From Holosporaceae bacterium (GTDB lineage: Bacteria; Pseudomonadota; Alphaproteobacteria; UBA3830): 64,000 nt of DNA. The notes beneath the pieces were generated by a model. The model was not told the DNA's origin. It ran no database searches and saw nothing but the letters and a program-made list of their open reading frames with translations. Positions 38,149 through 47,328 of the stretch are shown piece after piece (the stretch's first letter is position 1; every line of letters begins with the position of its first letter). The translations under genes and the position numbers were made by a program. The stretch is taken from the NCBI GenBank assembly GCA_031267235.1, contig JAIRZM010000001.1, positions 95,512 to 159,511 of the forward strand, given 5' to 3'.

Positions 38149-39132
38149 TTATTTTTCCCTTTCCTGCTTATAAAGTTTGTCCACTAAGCGGAGATTGGTC
38201 AGAGCATCTTGGATATCGCCCAGTGGAGAACGATTTTCCGAGATGGCCGCCAATAATTCCTCCATTTCAAGGTCCCAGGATGTGTCCGGGAATGGATACT
38301 GCCAAATGATCGTTTGGGGCGGGCCCATTGAAGGCAACATTTTGTAAAAACTCAGCTGTTCAAGGCCATAGCTCCCGCCAAGACCGTCGATTTGCAATTT
38401 GCCTGATTTTCCATAGATTTCGAAGCAAAAAGTGTTCTTCCATTCGGTCCAGGTGGCGTGCAATTGGGCGGTTTTTCCATCGACAGTCTGCATTGTTAGA
38501 AAACAGTTGTCCTCTACGTTGCCGGACCAATAATAGCGGGGCAAGACTCCGTATACCGTCGTAAATTCTCCCAAAAACCAACGCGATAAATCTATTAGAT
38601 GTGAACCCTGGTCCAGTAGTTCGCCTCCGCCGGAAATTTCCCGATTAAATCGCCATTCTTTTTCATAATTTAAGCGACCGCCATGCCCATAACGACCCCG
38701 CACAAACATAAGCTGACCGACATCGCCTTGATTTACAAGCTCTTTAGCGCGCCAAATGGCCGGATGGAAACGATGATTGAAGCCTACTTTAACTTTTAAG
38801 CCACGTTTCGCGGCTTCCATTGCCACCGGCTCAAGTTCCTCTGCATTTCTAGCGCCTGGCTTTTCCAATAATAGATGCTTATTCGCTTTGACTGCAGTCA
38901 AAGCCAAAGAAGCTAGCTGGTCATGGGTGGCGGAAATTATTATTATTTCGGCTTCTGAGTTTATCACTGCGGCAGCATCAGCCATAGCTCTCCCGCCAAA
39001 TTCCGCACACAGTGTTTCGGCTTTTTTCATTTCAAGATCAGCTGCAGCCACCAGTTGGTTCTCATTTTTTTTAACCACGCTTGACGCTCTTTTTCGACCA
39101 ATAAGGCCGCATCCAATTATTCCAAACTTCAT
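38149..39132 (-). CDS. Gfo/Idh/MocA-family NAD(P)-dependent oxidoreductase
   Basis: Begins MKFGIIGCGLIGRKR (Rossmann fold) with EKP in LLLEKPGA. I start at 39132, which forms an ATGA overlap with the SDR stop; an alternative start is at 39144. Confidence 0.8.
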   Translation of the reverse strand: MKFGIIGCGLIGRKRASSVVKKNENQLVAAADLEMKKAETLCAEFGGRAMADAAAVINSEAEIIIISATHDQLASLALTAVKANKHLLLEKPGARNAEELEPVAMEAAKRGLKVKVGFNHRFHPAIWRAKELVNQGDVGQLMFVRGRYGHGGRLNYEKEWRFNREISGGGELLDQGSHLIDLSRWFLGEFTTVYGVLPRYYWSGNVEDNCFLTMQTVDGKTAQLHATWTEWKNTFCFEIYGKSGKLQIDGLGGSYGLEQLSFYKMLPSMGPPQTIIWQYPFPDTSWDLEMEELLAAISENRSPLGDIQDALTNLRLVDKLYKQEREK

Positions 39133-40016
39133 TTGTCTCCCCAAGTTTGTCCGCGATCCTTGCCGGTGATGCGACGCAATGTATAAAGATCGGAATCCCT
39201 CAGCTCTTCCAGATGATTAGGCCATTCCCTCCAATTGTCCCACTGGGCACTGATTAAACGCCCAGTGATTCCGTTACTGGCATCGGAAGCTAAAAAGACT
39301 GCCAACGCAGCACCAATAGATAATGGCGTCGTATTTCCTGTTAGTTTCGATTGCACCATGCGATCATGAAAATCTTTTCCAATAGTCTCAGATCCAGCGT
39401 TTAATGCTTCGTCTAGAAGGCGAGTATTCAGTAAACCAGGAGCAATGCAATTCGCATCGATGTTAAACTCTTTAAGTTCACCAGCCAAGCTCTCAATAAA
39501 TCTTACAATTGCCGTTTTGCTAATCGCATAAGCAGTCAAATATGGCATTGGATTTGTAGCGCCGCCGCCAGATATTTGAATAATTTTGCCGCATCTATTT
39601 TCCTTAAAGTGCGGCAGTAAATTCATGCACATTAAAACAGAACCATTAAGATTTATGGCCAATGCATTTTGCCATTCATGCCAGTCAACCGATTCTATTG
39701 ACCCTTTGGGCCCATAAACACCGGCGTTATTAACTAGAACGTGCATCTGATTAAATTCATCAATAATTTTTTTGCAGAAATGGTTAACTTGCTCAAAATC
39801 AGCGAGATCAATCGATATAGACATAATTTTTTGCTGTGGATTCGCCAATTGCATAAGTTCTGCAGTAGCATCGTCAAGTACAGATTTATCGCGGGCACAA
39901 ATGGCCAAGTTAGAGACGCCTGATTCGATAAAATGGCGCGCTATTTCCAGGCCAAGCCCCTGACTTGCCCCGGTTATAACGGCATTTTTGTTTTTCAAAC
40001 TAAGAGGTGTATTCAT
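39129..40016 (-). CDS. Short-chain dehydrogenase/reductase with ~40-aa C-terminal extension
   Basis: 295 aa with VITGASQGLGLEIA, NNAG and YAISK. Confidence 0.8.
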   Translation of the reverse strand: MNTPLSLKNKNAVITGASQGLGLEIARHFIESGVSNLAICARDKSVLDDATAELMQLANPQQKIMSISIDLADFEQVNHFCKKIIDEFNQMHVLVNNAGVYGPKGSIESVDWHEWQNALAINLNGSVLMCMNLLPHFKENRCGKIIQISGGGATNPMPYLTAYAISKTAIVRFIESLAGELKEFNIDANCIAPGLLNTRLLDEALNAGSETIGKDFHDRMVQSKLTGNTTPLSIGAALAVFLASDASNGITGRLISAQWDNWREWPNHLEELRDSDLYTLRRITGKDRGQTWGDK

Positions 40017-40026
40017 ATTTTAATAA

Positions 40027-41313
40027 TCACGGCTTTCCGATCGTATGATACTCAAATCCAGCAGTATTCCAATCAATTAAAAGTCTATTAATATCAATAA
40101 TTTTAAGATTGGGATTGGATTTTTTTAGTTTTTCTGGATCAATTTGCTTGCATTCATTATACGATGTAGACACAATTAACACATCAGCTCCCCTAATAGA
40201 CTCAATGGGATCCTTAAGTTTTACGACTTCTTTAGTCCCAAAACAGGAAGGCAACGTTTCCACCAGTGGATCATACACGTTTACACACGCCTTTCGTTCA
40301 AGTAGGTAGCTTACAAGATCAACCGTTGTAGAACGACGTAGTGTATTTGTGTTGGCCTTGTAGGTTAAACCCCATATAGCTATACATTTTCCCTCTAAAT
40401 CATCATACATACTGTTAATTTTGCGCCATATCCATTTTTTATGATTATTGTTACTAGAATTGATGGCGTTAATTAATTGGCTAGAAATAGTATTTTTCTT
40501 TGCAACTTCAGATAAAAAGTTAACATCCCTCGCAAGCGTTCCTCCGGAAAAAGCTCCTCCCGGCAATAAATACGCTTTCTGGCCAATGCGTTGTTCCGTC
40601 TTCATTCCGCGCGCAACTTCTGAAGCGTCTGCCCCAACTGATTCGCATATGGAGGCAATTTCGTTTGCAAAAGTAACTGACAACGCTAAAAAAGTATTAA
40701 TTGCATGCTTTGTCATTTCAGCTGATTCAATGCTCACCCATTCTAAATTCGCCGTTATTGAACTCAGTAACGACTCTAAAATATCTTTTACGCGATCGTT
40801 TTTTCTGCAGCCAACAACAATGCGATCCGGATTCAAAAAGACTTCTAGAGCTTGGCCAAGACGTAAATTTTCCGGAGAATACGCAAAATGCAAATCGAGA
40901 TTTTTGTCACGAGCAATTTTTTCGAGACATCGCACGGAACCAACAGGAAGCTGCGAAGAAACCAGCACGATCGCTCCAGCTGGCAAAAATGGCAGGGAGC
41001 GCTTCACCTGCTCGATCACATATCCAGTATCTGCCACATCATTATCGTCTACCGGAGTATCATAGGTTATCCACAATATTTCAGAACTCTCCAACGCGCG
41101 TTCTGGCGAATCCGTGAATTCAAGATGACCAGAACGCAGGCATTGCTGCATCATGCTTTCTAGACCAGGTTCAAATATAGGCGAAAGACCGCTGTTTAAT
41201 TTTTTAATAATATGCGATTTGTAGTCCAGCGCTATAACCTCATGTTTCAGAGAAGCTAAAGCAGCAGAAGTAACACAACCCAAGTGCCACAATCCCTGTA
41301 CGCATATTTTCAT
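40027..41313 (-). CDS. Nucleotide-sugar 6-dehydrogenase (UDP-glucose/GDP-mannose dehydrogenase family)
   Basis: 428 aa. MKICVQGLWHLGCV is the N-terminal NAD fold; the central helical and C-terminal UDP-binding domains are consistent in length and layout. Confidence 0.8.
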   Translation of the reverse strand: MKICVQGLWHLGCVTSAALASLKHEVIALDYKSHIIKKLNSGLSPIFEPGLESMMQQCLRSGHLEFTDSPERALESSEILWITYDTPVDDNDVADTGYVIEQVKRSLPFLPAGAIVLVSSQLPVGSVRCLEKIARDKNLDLHFAYSPENLRLGQALEVFLNPDRIVVGCRKNDRVKDILESLLSSITANLEWVSIESAEMTKHAINTFLALSVTFANEIASICESVGADASEVARGMKTEQRIGQKAYLLPGGAFSGGTLARDVNFLSEVAKKNTISSQLINAINSSNNNHKKWIWRKINSMYDDLEGKCIAIWGLTYKANTNTLRRSTTVDLVSYLLERKACVNVYDPLVETLPSCFGTKEVVKLKDPIESIRGADVLIVSTSYNECKQIDPEKLKKSNPNLKIIDINRLLIDWNTAGFEYHTIGKP

Positions 41314-41350
41314 AATTTTGTACTCTGCATAATTTACACTTCTTCTCCAA

Positions 41351-41725
41351 TTATTTTGGTCTCAGAGTAAGCCCAATGAAAAGATTCAAATTTACCGATG
41401 GTATCAATAAAGGAAACCAAACGCTATGAATTATAGAAAAATACAACTCAAGTTCGCATAATATTTCTTCTGGCATGTTGATATGCTGAGATTTTATAAA
41501 CCAATCGTAGCTTTGGTTATATAATTTTTCAAAATGTGGGCGAGCAGATAAATTTCGAGCAATACTCAGTAATTTTAGCGAATAGAGAGGGTATTTATGA
41601 TTGAAAATTTCGACGAAACTATACCATTCATTCTGCAATGCGTGTAAATGCGCATTCATAAAATCTCTGCTGATTTCTTGTTGTTCCGGAGTAAGCTCCG
41701 GAAGTTTTTGGGGCCATTTATTCAT
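41351..41725 (-). CDS. Hypothetical protein, possibly a gene remnant
   Basis: Starting at MNKWPQKLPELTPEQQ (ATG 41725) gives an 8-nt overlap with the epimerase stop. No catalytic motif, and the C-terminal third looks non-native. Confidence 0.35.
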   Translation of the reverse strand: MNKWPQKLPELTPEQQEISRDFMNAHLHALQNEWYSFVEIFNHKYPLYSLKLLSIARNLSARPHFEKLYNQSYDWFIKSQHINMPEEILCELELYFSIIHSVWFPLLIPSVNLNLFIGLTLRPK

Positions 41726-42689
41726 TGTGATCATCTCCAAATACATATCTATGGAGCAATAGCCAATCTAAAGTTTTAATTACTCCATCCAAAATATTTA
41801 TTTTTGGCTTCCAACCCAAAGATTGAATACGTCCGGTGTCCAGCCAGATAAATGGACTATCTCCTATCCAGCCGCGCTTTTCACCGGAATATTTCAATCG
41901 AGGGCTAACTTTCAAGTGCTGGGCTATGGCGTTAACGGAGTCGTTTACCTCAACATAACTATCCACTCCAAGATTAAAAATATTCACTCCATCATGGCAT
42001 TTGTCCAGGGCCAACAGCATAGCGTCTATACAATCTTGAACATATATGTAAGATTTGCGTTGATGACCATCGCCCAATATGCGCAATTCGTCTGGATTAT
42101 GCAGAAGACTGCGACAAAAATCAAAAACATGTCCATGCGTATAACGCTCTCCCAATATGGAAACGAAGCGAAATATGTATCCATTAAATCCAAAACCTTC
42201 GCAATACGCCTGGATCAGCGCTTCACAAGCCAATTTGGATGCTCCATAAAGAGAGGTCTGAACAGGAAAAGGAGCATCCTCCGGCGTTGGATGCACCAAT
42301 GGCTCGCCATAGATCGAACCCGTGGAAGAAAATACGATTTTTTTGATATCGTTAAGGCGCATGGCGTCGAGAACATTGTGAGTAACTATAGTGTTTTGCT
42401 CCAAATCCTTTCGAGGATGATCAAGACCAAAGCGAACGTCGGCATTGGCCGCAAGATGCCAAACTGTGTCTATTGGTATATTCATGGCGCTGGTAATCGC
42501 CTCCAAATCCAATAAATCCGCCTCCAGCAGCATAAAATTTGGATTAGAGAGAGCCTGCTCCAGGAATTTCTTTCTGCCAGTGGAAAAATTATCATAAACA
42601 ACGACTTTTTGATCGCAATCCAGCAGTTTATCGACCAAATTTGATCCGATAAAACCCCCGCCTCCAGTTATGAAATGAATTTTTGACAT
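41718..42689 (-). CDS. NAD-dependent nucleotide-sugar epimerase/dehydratase (extended SDR)
   Basis: 323 aa with ITGGGGFIGSNL, catalytic YGASK and GDGHQRKSYIYVQD. Confidence 0.85.
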   Translation of the reverse strand: MSKIHFITGGGGFIGSNLVDKLLDCDQKVVVYDNFSTGRKKFLEQALSNPNFMLLEADLLDLEAITSAMNIPIDTVWHLAANADVRFGLDHPRKDLEQNTIVTHNVLDAMRLNDIKKIVFSSTGSIYGEPLVHPTPEDAPFPVQTSLYGASKLACEALIQAYCEGFGFNGYIFRFVSILGERYTHGHVFDFCRSLLHNPDELRILGDGHQRKSYIYVQDCIDAMLLALDKCHDGVNIFNLGVDSYVEVNDSVNAIAQHLKVSPRLKYSGEKRGWIGDSPFIWLDTGRIQSLGWKPKINILDGVIKTLDWLLLHRYVFGDDHNE

Positions 42690-42693
42690 GCCA

Positions 42694-44736
42694 TTACTTA
42701 ATTGTTGAGGTGTCAGTATTTTTGCCGATTTTACTAGGTTCCGTTTCTTTCACAATTATTTCTTTAAACCCAATAGCAAGCATGCGAGATTCGAGGTTGC
42801 CAGGAAAAATATCCCTTGGTGCAACGGCGTCTGGCAAATCCAACAACAACTCTAGGGTGCCAGTAGATGAGATGCTCTTGTTTACAGTTGCAAATATAGT
42901 TCGCGGCTCAGAAAGCACAATTTCTCTCAGTGGACTTCTATTTAATGTTAGCAAGACACGTTGTTTATTATTTAACACATGAATTAACGGTATTTCTAGA
43001 GAGAGTTCTCTTCCTCTTAAATAAGGAGGTAATTTTATATTGATTCTCACCTGCTTACCATCTGACCAACGACCCCATTCTTCAGACTGAGATAACCCAG
43101 CAACATAAACATTAAATGGCGGATTCGTTATGTCTATAATGCCGTTTTGCGGAAAATCTAACCAACAATCAATTGCTGTAGGCATATACACATAGAAATG
43201 TGGAATTTCGTGTCTGGGCAAATCTAACACAGATAGATGATTAACATAATCTGTTCCTATATTTGGCACCAAAATGGCGATTTTATTGTCTATCTTCAAC
43301 TGGGCAATTAATGCTTTAGGGTTTGTAAACACTAAAAAATATTTTTCATCGCTCAAATTGTATGATTGAGATACATCGCTTACAAACTTAAAATCTTTAT
43401 GTACTGGCAATTCATTGCACAACAACAGAGCTGACTGAGCAATAAAATCTTTGTACACAGACAACATCCACATGTTTTGATGCCATCGAAAGGGATTGTC
43501 AACAAAACACTCAATATTTGGCGTATAAGCAACCACAGTATAGCCCGTGCTTTTCAATATAGCTGCTTTATTTATCAAAACATTAGTTTCCAAACGTTCA
43601 GATGTCCTTCCCAACATCTCCGTGTAGCGATTCCTTGCCTCCCCAAAGACATAAAAAAACGCCGAAACAACACCGCCAATCAAAATAATTTTTGTCAACC
43701 AAAAAGCTCGAATTGTCATTTTTTTCAGAAGTTCCGACTTCCAAAACATATACAAATAGACGATGACCACTGTCTGCTGCACCACGATAGCCGGCATGAT
43801 ATAATAATGCGCCTTAAGTCTCAACACAATATGCGCTCCAATAAACAAAAGAGAGCTTAATAATAATGCGTCAACAATGCGAACGTCATTTTTTCGTTTG
43901 GACACAAAGTAAGTGAATCTGATTAAAGCTATAATGCAAGATATTTTGACAATTGGATGTTGCCCAATATAAAATAAAGTTATTGTTGATACGGCTTCCC
44001 TACATCTCGCTATATTGTATGGAACGCCTCTTTGAGCACAATAGCAATAGAGAACAAAAAATAAAATCAACTGCAATATTATCATTAGGTGATAAATTTT
44101 TTCTTTTTTTACTAGATTGTCAAAGTTAATTGCTAGCGATATTACGCTAATCGGAAATATTAAAATAAAAGCTGTTTCCTTCATATAAAACGCAAGCACA
44201 GCAAATATTATTGCAAAAACATAAAAACCACTACTGTCATTTTTTTGAGCGGAGATAAAACAATAAAACCACGCTGCCCACAAAGTAATCACGGATGACT
44301 CCGCTGATTGCAATAGCGAATATGACCAAAACAAAGCCGGGGTTGACATTGGGATAAATAAGCAGGCGAGAGTACCGCTAATCTTGTTGGATAAAACCCG
44401 CACTCCTGAACAAATGCAAACAAGTAACATCGCGAGTTTGACAAAATTGTGAACCCCCATCAAGACAACCTTGATATTATCGTCAAAGTTTAGAGGCATA
44501 TATGGGCAATATTCTTGCATCATCAGTGGAGAAAAACGCCAAACACCTCCGTAACATATAGGTATTTTTTTTTGATTTAAAAAACCAAAAAAGAGTGCAC
44601 CTTCATCGCCAAAAGTAAGGCAAGCATCGTTGATTATGTAATAACCGTATTGTGCAAGCAAAATTCCCAGCAGTACCATAAGAAAAATATGGAAGTAACC
44701 TAACAGTTTTTCGCTAGCGATACGACGACCTATCAT
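42694..44736 (-). CDS. Large polytopic GT-C-like (ArnT/PMT-like) membrane glycosyltransferase with ~290-aa C-terminal soluble domain
   Basis: 680 aa with about 11 hydrophobic segments in residues 1-385. A DE pair (TFGDEGALFF) sits in the first extracytoplasmic loop, as in GT-C enzymes. The C-terminal domain contains SEEWGRWSDG and ESRMLAIGF. Confidence 0.6.
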   Translation of the reverse strand: MIGRRIASEKLLGYFHIFLMVLLGILLAQYGYYIINDACLTFGDEGALFFGFLNQKKIPICYGGVWRFSPLMMQEYCPYMPLNFDDNIKVVLMGVHNFVKLAMLLVCICSGVRVLSNKISGTLACLFIPMSTPALFWSYSLLQSAESSVITLWAAWFYCFISAQKNDSSGFYVFAIIFAVLAFYMKETAFILIFPISVISLAINFDNLVKKEKIYHLMIILQLILFFVLYCYCAQRGVPYNIARCREAVSTITLFYIGQHPIVKISCIIALIRFTYFVSKRKNDVRIVDALLLSSLLFIGAHIVLRLKAHYYIMPAIVVQQTVVIVYLYMFWKSELLKKMTIRAFWLTKIILIGGVVSAFFYVFGEARNRYTEMLGRTSERLETNVLINKAAILKSTGYTVVAYTPNIECFVDNPFRWHQNMWMLSVYKDFIAQSALLLCNELPVHKDFKFVSDVSQSYNLSDEKYFLVFTNPKALIAQLKIDNKIAILVPNIGTDYVNHLSVLDLPRHEIPHFYVYMPTAIDCWLDFPQNGIIDITNPPFNVYVAGLSQSEEWGRWSDGKQVRINIKLPPYLRGRELSLEIPLIHVLNNKQRVLLTLNRSPLREIVLSEPRTIFATVNKSISSTGTLELLLDLPDAVAPRDIFPGNLESRMLAIGFKEIIVKETEPSKIGKNTDTSTIK

Positions 44737-45440
44737 AACCTAAACCCAGCCCTGACGGCATCGTTATGGAACATTTTTACGGTTTCCAGAGAAAATTCAT
44801 CTAAATCTTTGCCTAAATTGCCCAATTTATTCAAAATATCGTTTGTTACCGTTATGATGTGGCATCCAACAGATTCTGCTTGAAATATGTTTAATATTTC
44901 GCGTGGACTTGCCCAAATAAGCTCCAGCTGCGAATAAGGGCGCAGCAACTCAACGGCAGCGCTCATTACTGGAACAGGATCTCGCCCCGTATCCGCTATG
45001 CGTCCAGCAAAAACAGAAATATATGATGACGGACTATTGGCCAGAGCTTGACTCACTTCAATCACTTGCCTTAGAGTCATAATGGCCGTTACATTCTGCT
45101 TTACCCCAGCATCAGCCAAGCGTTTTATCAGAGCACAAGAAGATTGATTTAACGTATTCGTTATGGGAATTTTCACGTACACGTTATCGCCCCACTGTTT
45201 TATGCGCAGAGCCTGCCTCTCCATTTCCGAAAAATCATCAGAAAACACCTCAAAGGAAACTGGTCGGTCCGGAATTACCTCAATTATCTCCCGAGCGAAA
45301 GCTTCATAGTCCTTTATGCCGGCTTTATTCATCAGTGTTGGATTAGTGGTAAAACCTTTTATCCATGGTTTAGCATACATCTCCAACATTCCGGCTTTAT
45401 TTGCACCATCAGCAAAAATTTTAATATCACCAATTTGCAT
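44733..45440 (-). CDS. Transaldolase-family protein (short TalC/FSA-like form)
   Basis: 235 aa with GFTTNPTL and the Schiff-base Lys context VYVKIPIT. It has an ATGA-type overlap with the downstream GT-C gene. Confidence 0.8.
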   Translation of the reverse strand: MQIGDIKIFADGANKAGMLEMYAKPWIKGFTTNPTLMNKAGIKDYEAFAREIIEVIPDRPVSFEVFSDDFSEMERQALRIKQWGDNVYVKIPITNTLNQSSCALIKRLADAGVKQNVTAIMTLRQVIEVSQALANSPSSYISVFAGRIADTGRDPVPVMSAAVELLRPYSQLELIWASPREILNIFQAESVGCHIITVTNDILNKLGNLGKDLDEFSLETVKMFHNDAVRAGFRL

Positions 45441-45471
45441 TAATCCTCCATATTCAATTGTAAATTAATAA

Positions 45472-46092
45472 TTATCTGCCCATAGATTCCCATTTCGTCG
45501 GCGCGACCTTCAATTTGGGATGAGAAACTAATAAATGCCATATTACTCCGTGGAAAGCTTCAGTGTGTGGAGTAATGTGAGCTATATTTACTGTTGGCAC
45601 GACAACCACAGCATCCCCCATTTGCGCTGTATATCCGCCATCTCGTCCCACAATTCCCATCACTGATGATCCTTTTTTCTTAGCGCAATCAATTGCTTGT
45701 ATCATATTTGGACTAATGTTACGCTCCAAGTCGCCTCCGCCTACGGATAGAATCAATAGGCCGTCTTTCTCGTTAAGACGCGAGCCCGTAAGCCAGCTGC
45801 CAAAGACAGTCTCCCAACCTTCATCGTTGGTGCGAGCGGTTAGTTCCGACACATTGTCTACCGGAGTATAGGCCTCAAATCCAGCTAATTTGCGAAAGTC
45901 ATTCACAGCATGAGAAGCCGAACCGGCAGATCCTCCAACTCCTAAGATAAAAAGCCTTCCGCCATTTTCGCGTACTCGCAACAACGCGTCAACTAATTCC
46001 TCAATAGCCGCACGATCCAAGCTGTTTATTATCTTTAAAGATTCCTTTAAAAAATCATCTACAAACATAACAACGGATACTATCCCGATCAT
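45472..46092 (-). CDS. SIS-domain sedoheptulose-7-phosphate isomerase (GmhA-like)
   Basis: 206 aa with RLFILGVGGSAGSASHAVNDF and LLILSVGGG. An alternative start is at 46068. Confidence 0.8.
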   Translation of the reverse strand: MIGIVSVVMFVDDFLKESLKIINSLDRAAIEELVDALLRVRENGGRLFILGVGGSAGSASHAVNDFRKLAGFEAYTPVDNVSELTARTNDEGWETVFGSWLTGSRLNEKDGLLILSVGGGDLERNISPNMIQAIDCAKKKGSSVMGIVGRDGGYTAQMGDAVVVVPTVNIAHITPHTEAFHGVIWHLLVSHPKLKVAPTKWESMGR

Positions 46093-46148
46093 GACATGGT
46101 TGTCAATTATATGTTATAAGGTGAGCGAATACTTGTAATAGGGCGTCG

Positions 46149-47150
46149 ATGAAAAAAAAACAAAATAAAAAAAATGCGAAAGATAGCGCCGAAGTCACAT
46201 TGGACAAAAGCTTCAAACTTTCCGTTGTGGTTCCGGTTTATAATGAAGAGAAAACTGTTAATATTTTTTTAAACAGGATACAGCCGGTGTTGAACAGAGT
46301 TACCAATAATTACGAAATAATTTTTGCCCTGGATCCGAGTACAGACCGCACCGAAGAAATAATTGAAAATGCACATCGGGTTGATAATCGCATCAAACTA
46401 CTTCGCTTTTCGCGCCGCTATGGACAACCAGCCGCCACTTGGGCTGGTCTGCATAATGCCACCGGCGATGCGGTTATCCCCATCGACTGTGATATGCAGG
46501 ATCCTCCAGAATTAATAGAGAAAATGATAGATTTATGGCACAATAAAGGCTATAAAGTTGTGATACCTCAACGACAATCCAGAGATGGCGAGAATTTTTT
46601 AAAAAAAATAATATCCTATGTGGGCTATTGGGTTATTAATAAAATTGCCTCCGTTGATATTCCCCGCAACACGGGAGACTTCCGCCTATTGGACCGCAGA
46701 GTAGTTAATGAACTGATGCGCCTACGCGAAAGTCATGGATTTCTGCGCGGATTGACTAGTCTGGTGGGGTTCAGGACTTATTTGCTGCCGTTTAACCGAC
46801 TCCCAAGAGCTGGAGGGGAAGGAAAATACAATCGCATTACCGGTAATTTAAGAATAGGATTTAACGGCATAGTGGCGTTTTCTGATTTTCTGTTAAATAT
46901 CATAACGGCACTGGGATTGATTCTTTCCACCTTATCTATATTAGGAGCTGCGTTCATGGCATGCGCCAAATTGTTTGGTTGGTGGGAATCAGTAACTGGA
47001 GTAACAACCATGCTGGTAATAGTTCTCCTGCTGTTCGGCATGCTATTTTTGGCGTTGGGAATTATGGGAGCATACGTGTCACGCATATACGATGAAGTTA
47101 AAATGCGGCCCAAATTTATTGTAGAAAAATCTCTTGGATTGGACGCATGA
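46149..47150 (+). CDS. GT2 polyprenyl-phosphate glycosyltransferase (ArnC/GtrB/DPM1-like) with C-terminal TM hairpin
   Basis: 333 aa with SVVVPVYNEE and DCDMQDPPE (DxD), plus two C-terminal TM helices. It is transcribed divergently from the 11-gene operon. Confidence 0.85.
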   Translation: MKKKQNKKNAKDSAEVTLDKSFKLSVVVPVYNEEKTVNIFLNRIQPVLNRVTNNYEIIFALDPSTDRTEEIIENAHRVDNRIKLLRFSRRYGQPAATWAGLHNATGDAVIPIDCDMQDPPELIEKMIDLWHNKGYKVVIPQRQSRDGENFLKKIISYVGYWVINKIASVDIPRNTGDFRLLDRRVVNELMRLRESHGFLRGLTSLVGFRTYLLPFNRLPRAGGEGKYNRITGNLRIGFNGIVAFSDFLLNIITALGLILSTLSILGAAFMACAKLFGWWESVTGVTTMLVIVLLLFGMLFLALGIMGAYVSRIYDEVKMRPKFIVEKSLGLDA

Positions 47151-47328
47151 GCACGAATTTCAAACTTCATTAAATAAGGAAACGACGACGCCGGATTTGA
47201 TACGATGGATGGGTGACTCATCCCAGCGCTGCTGGCTTAAACTACAAGCCCCCCGCTGCGCTAATTTTTTGTCACCCACCTAGAGCTCTCGCAAAATTGA
47301 GGGCTAAAATTAGCGCGCCCTCGAAGGA

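Noticed and set aside
41067-41075. Perfect DnaA box TTATCCACA
   Set aside because: It is an isolated single copy inside a coding region, with no cluster and no adjacent AT-rich unwinding element, so it is not an origin.
40448-42515. Long plus-strand ORFs (205, 138, 91 and 230 aa) inside the sugar operon
   Set aside because: All are antisense shadows of the nucleotide-sugar dehydrogenase and epimerase genes, and none has a motif of its own.
47258-47316. 11-bp inverted repeat GCGCTAATTTT ... AAAATTAGCGC between the convergent GT2 and hppA genes
   Set aside because: The repeat is real in the sequence, but its arms are separated by 37 nt and are largely A/T. It is most simply a weak bidirectional terminator-like element or chance.
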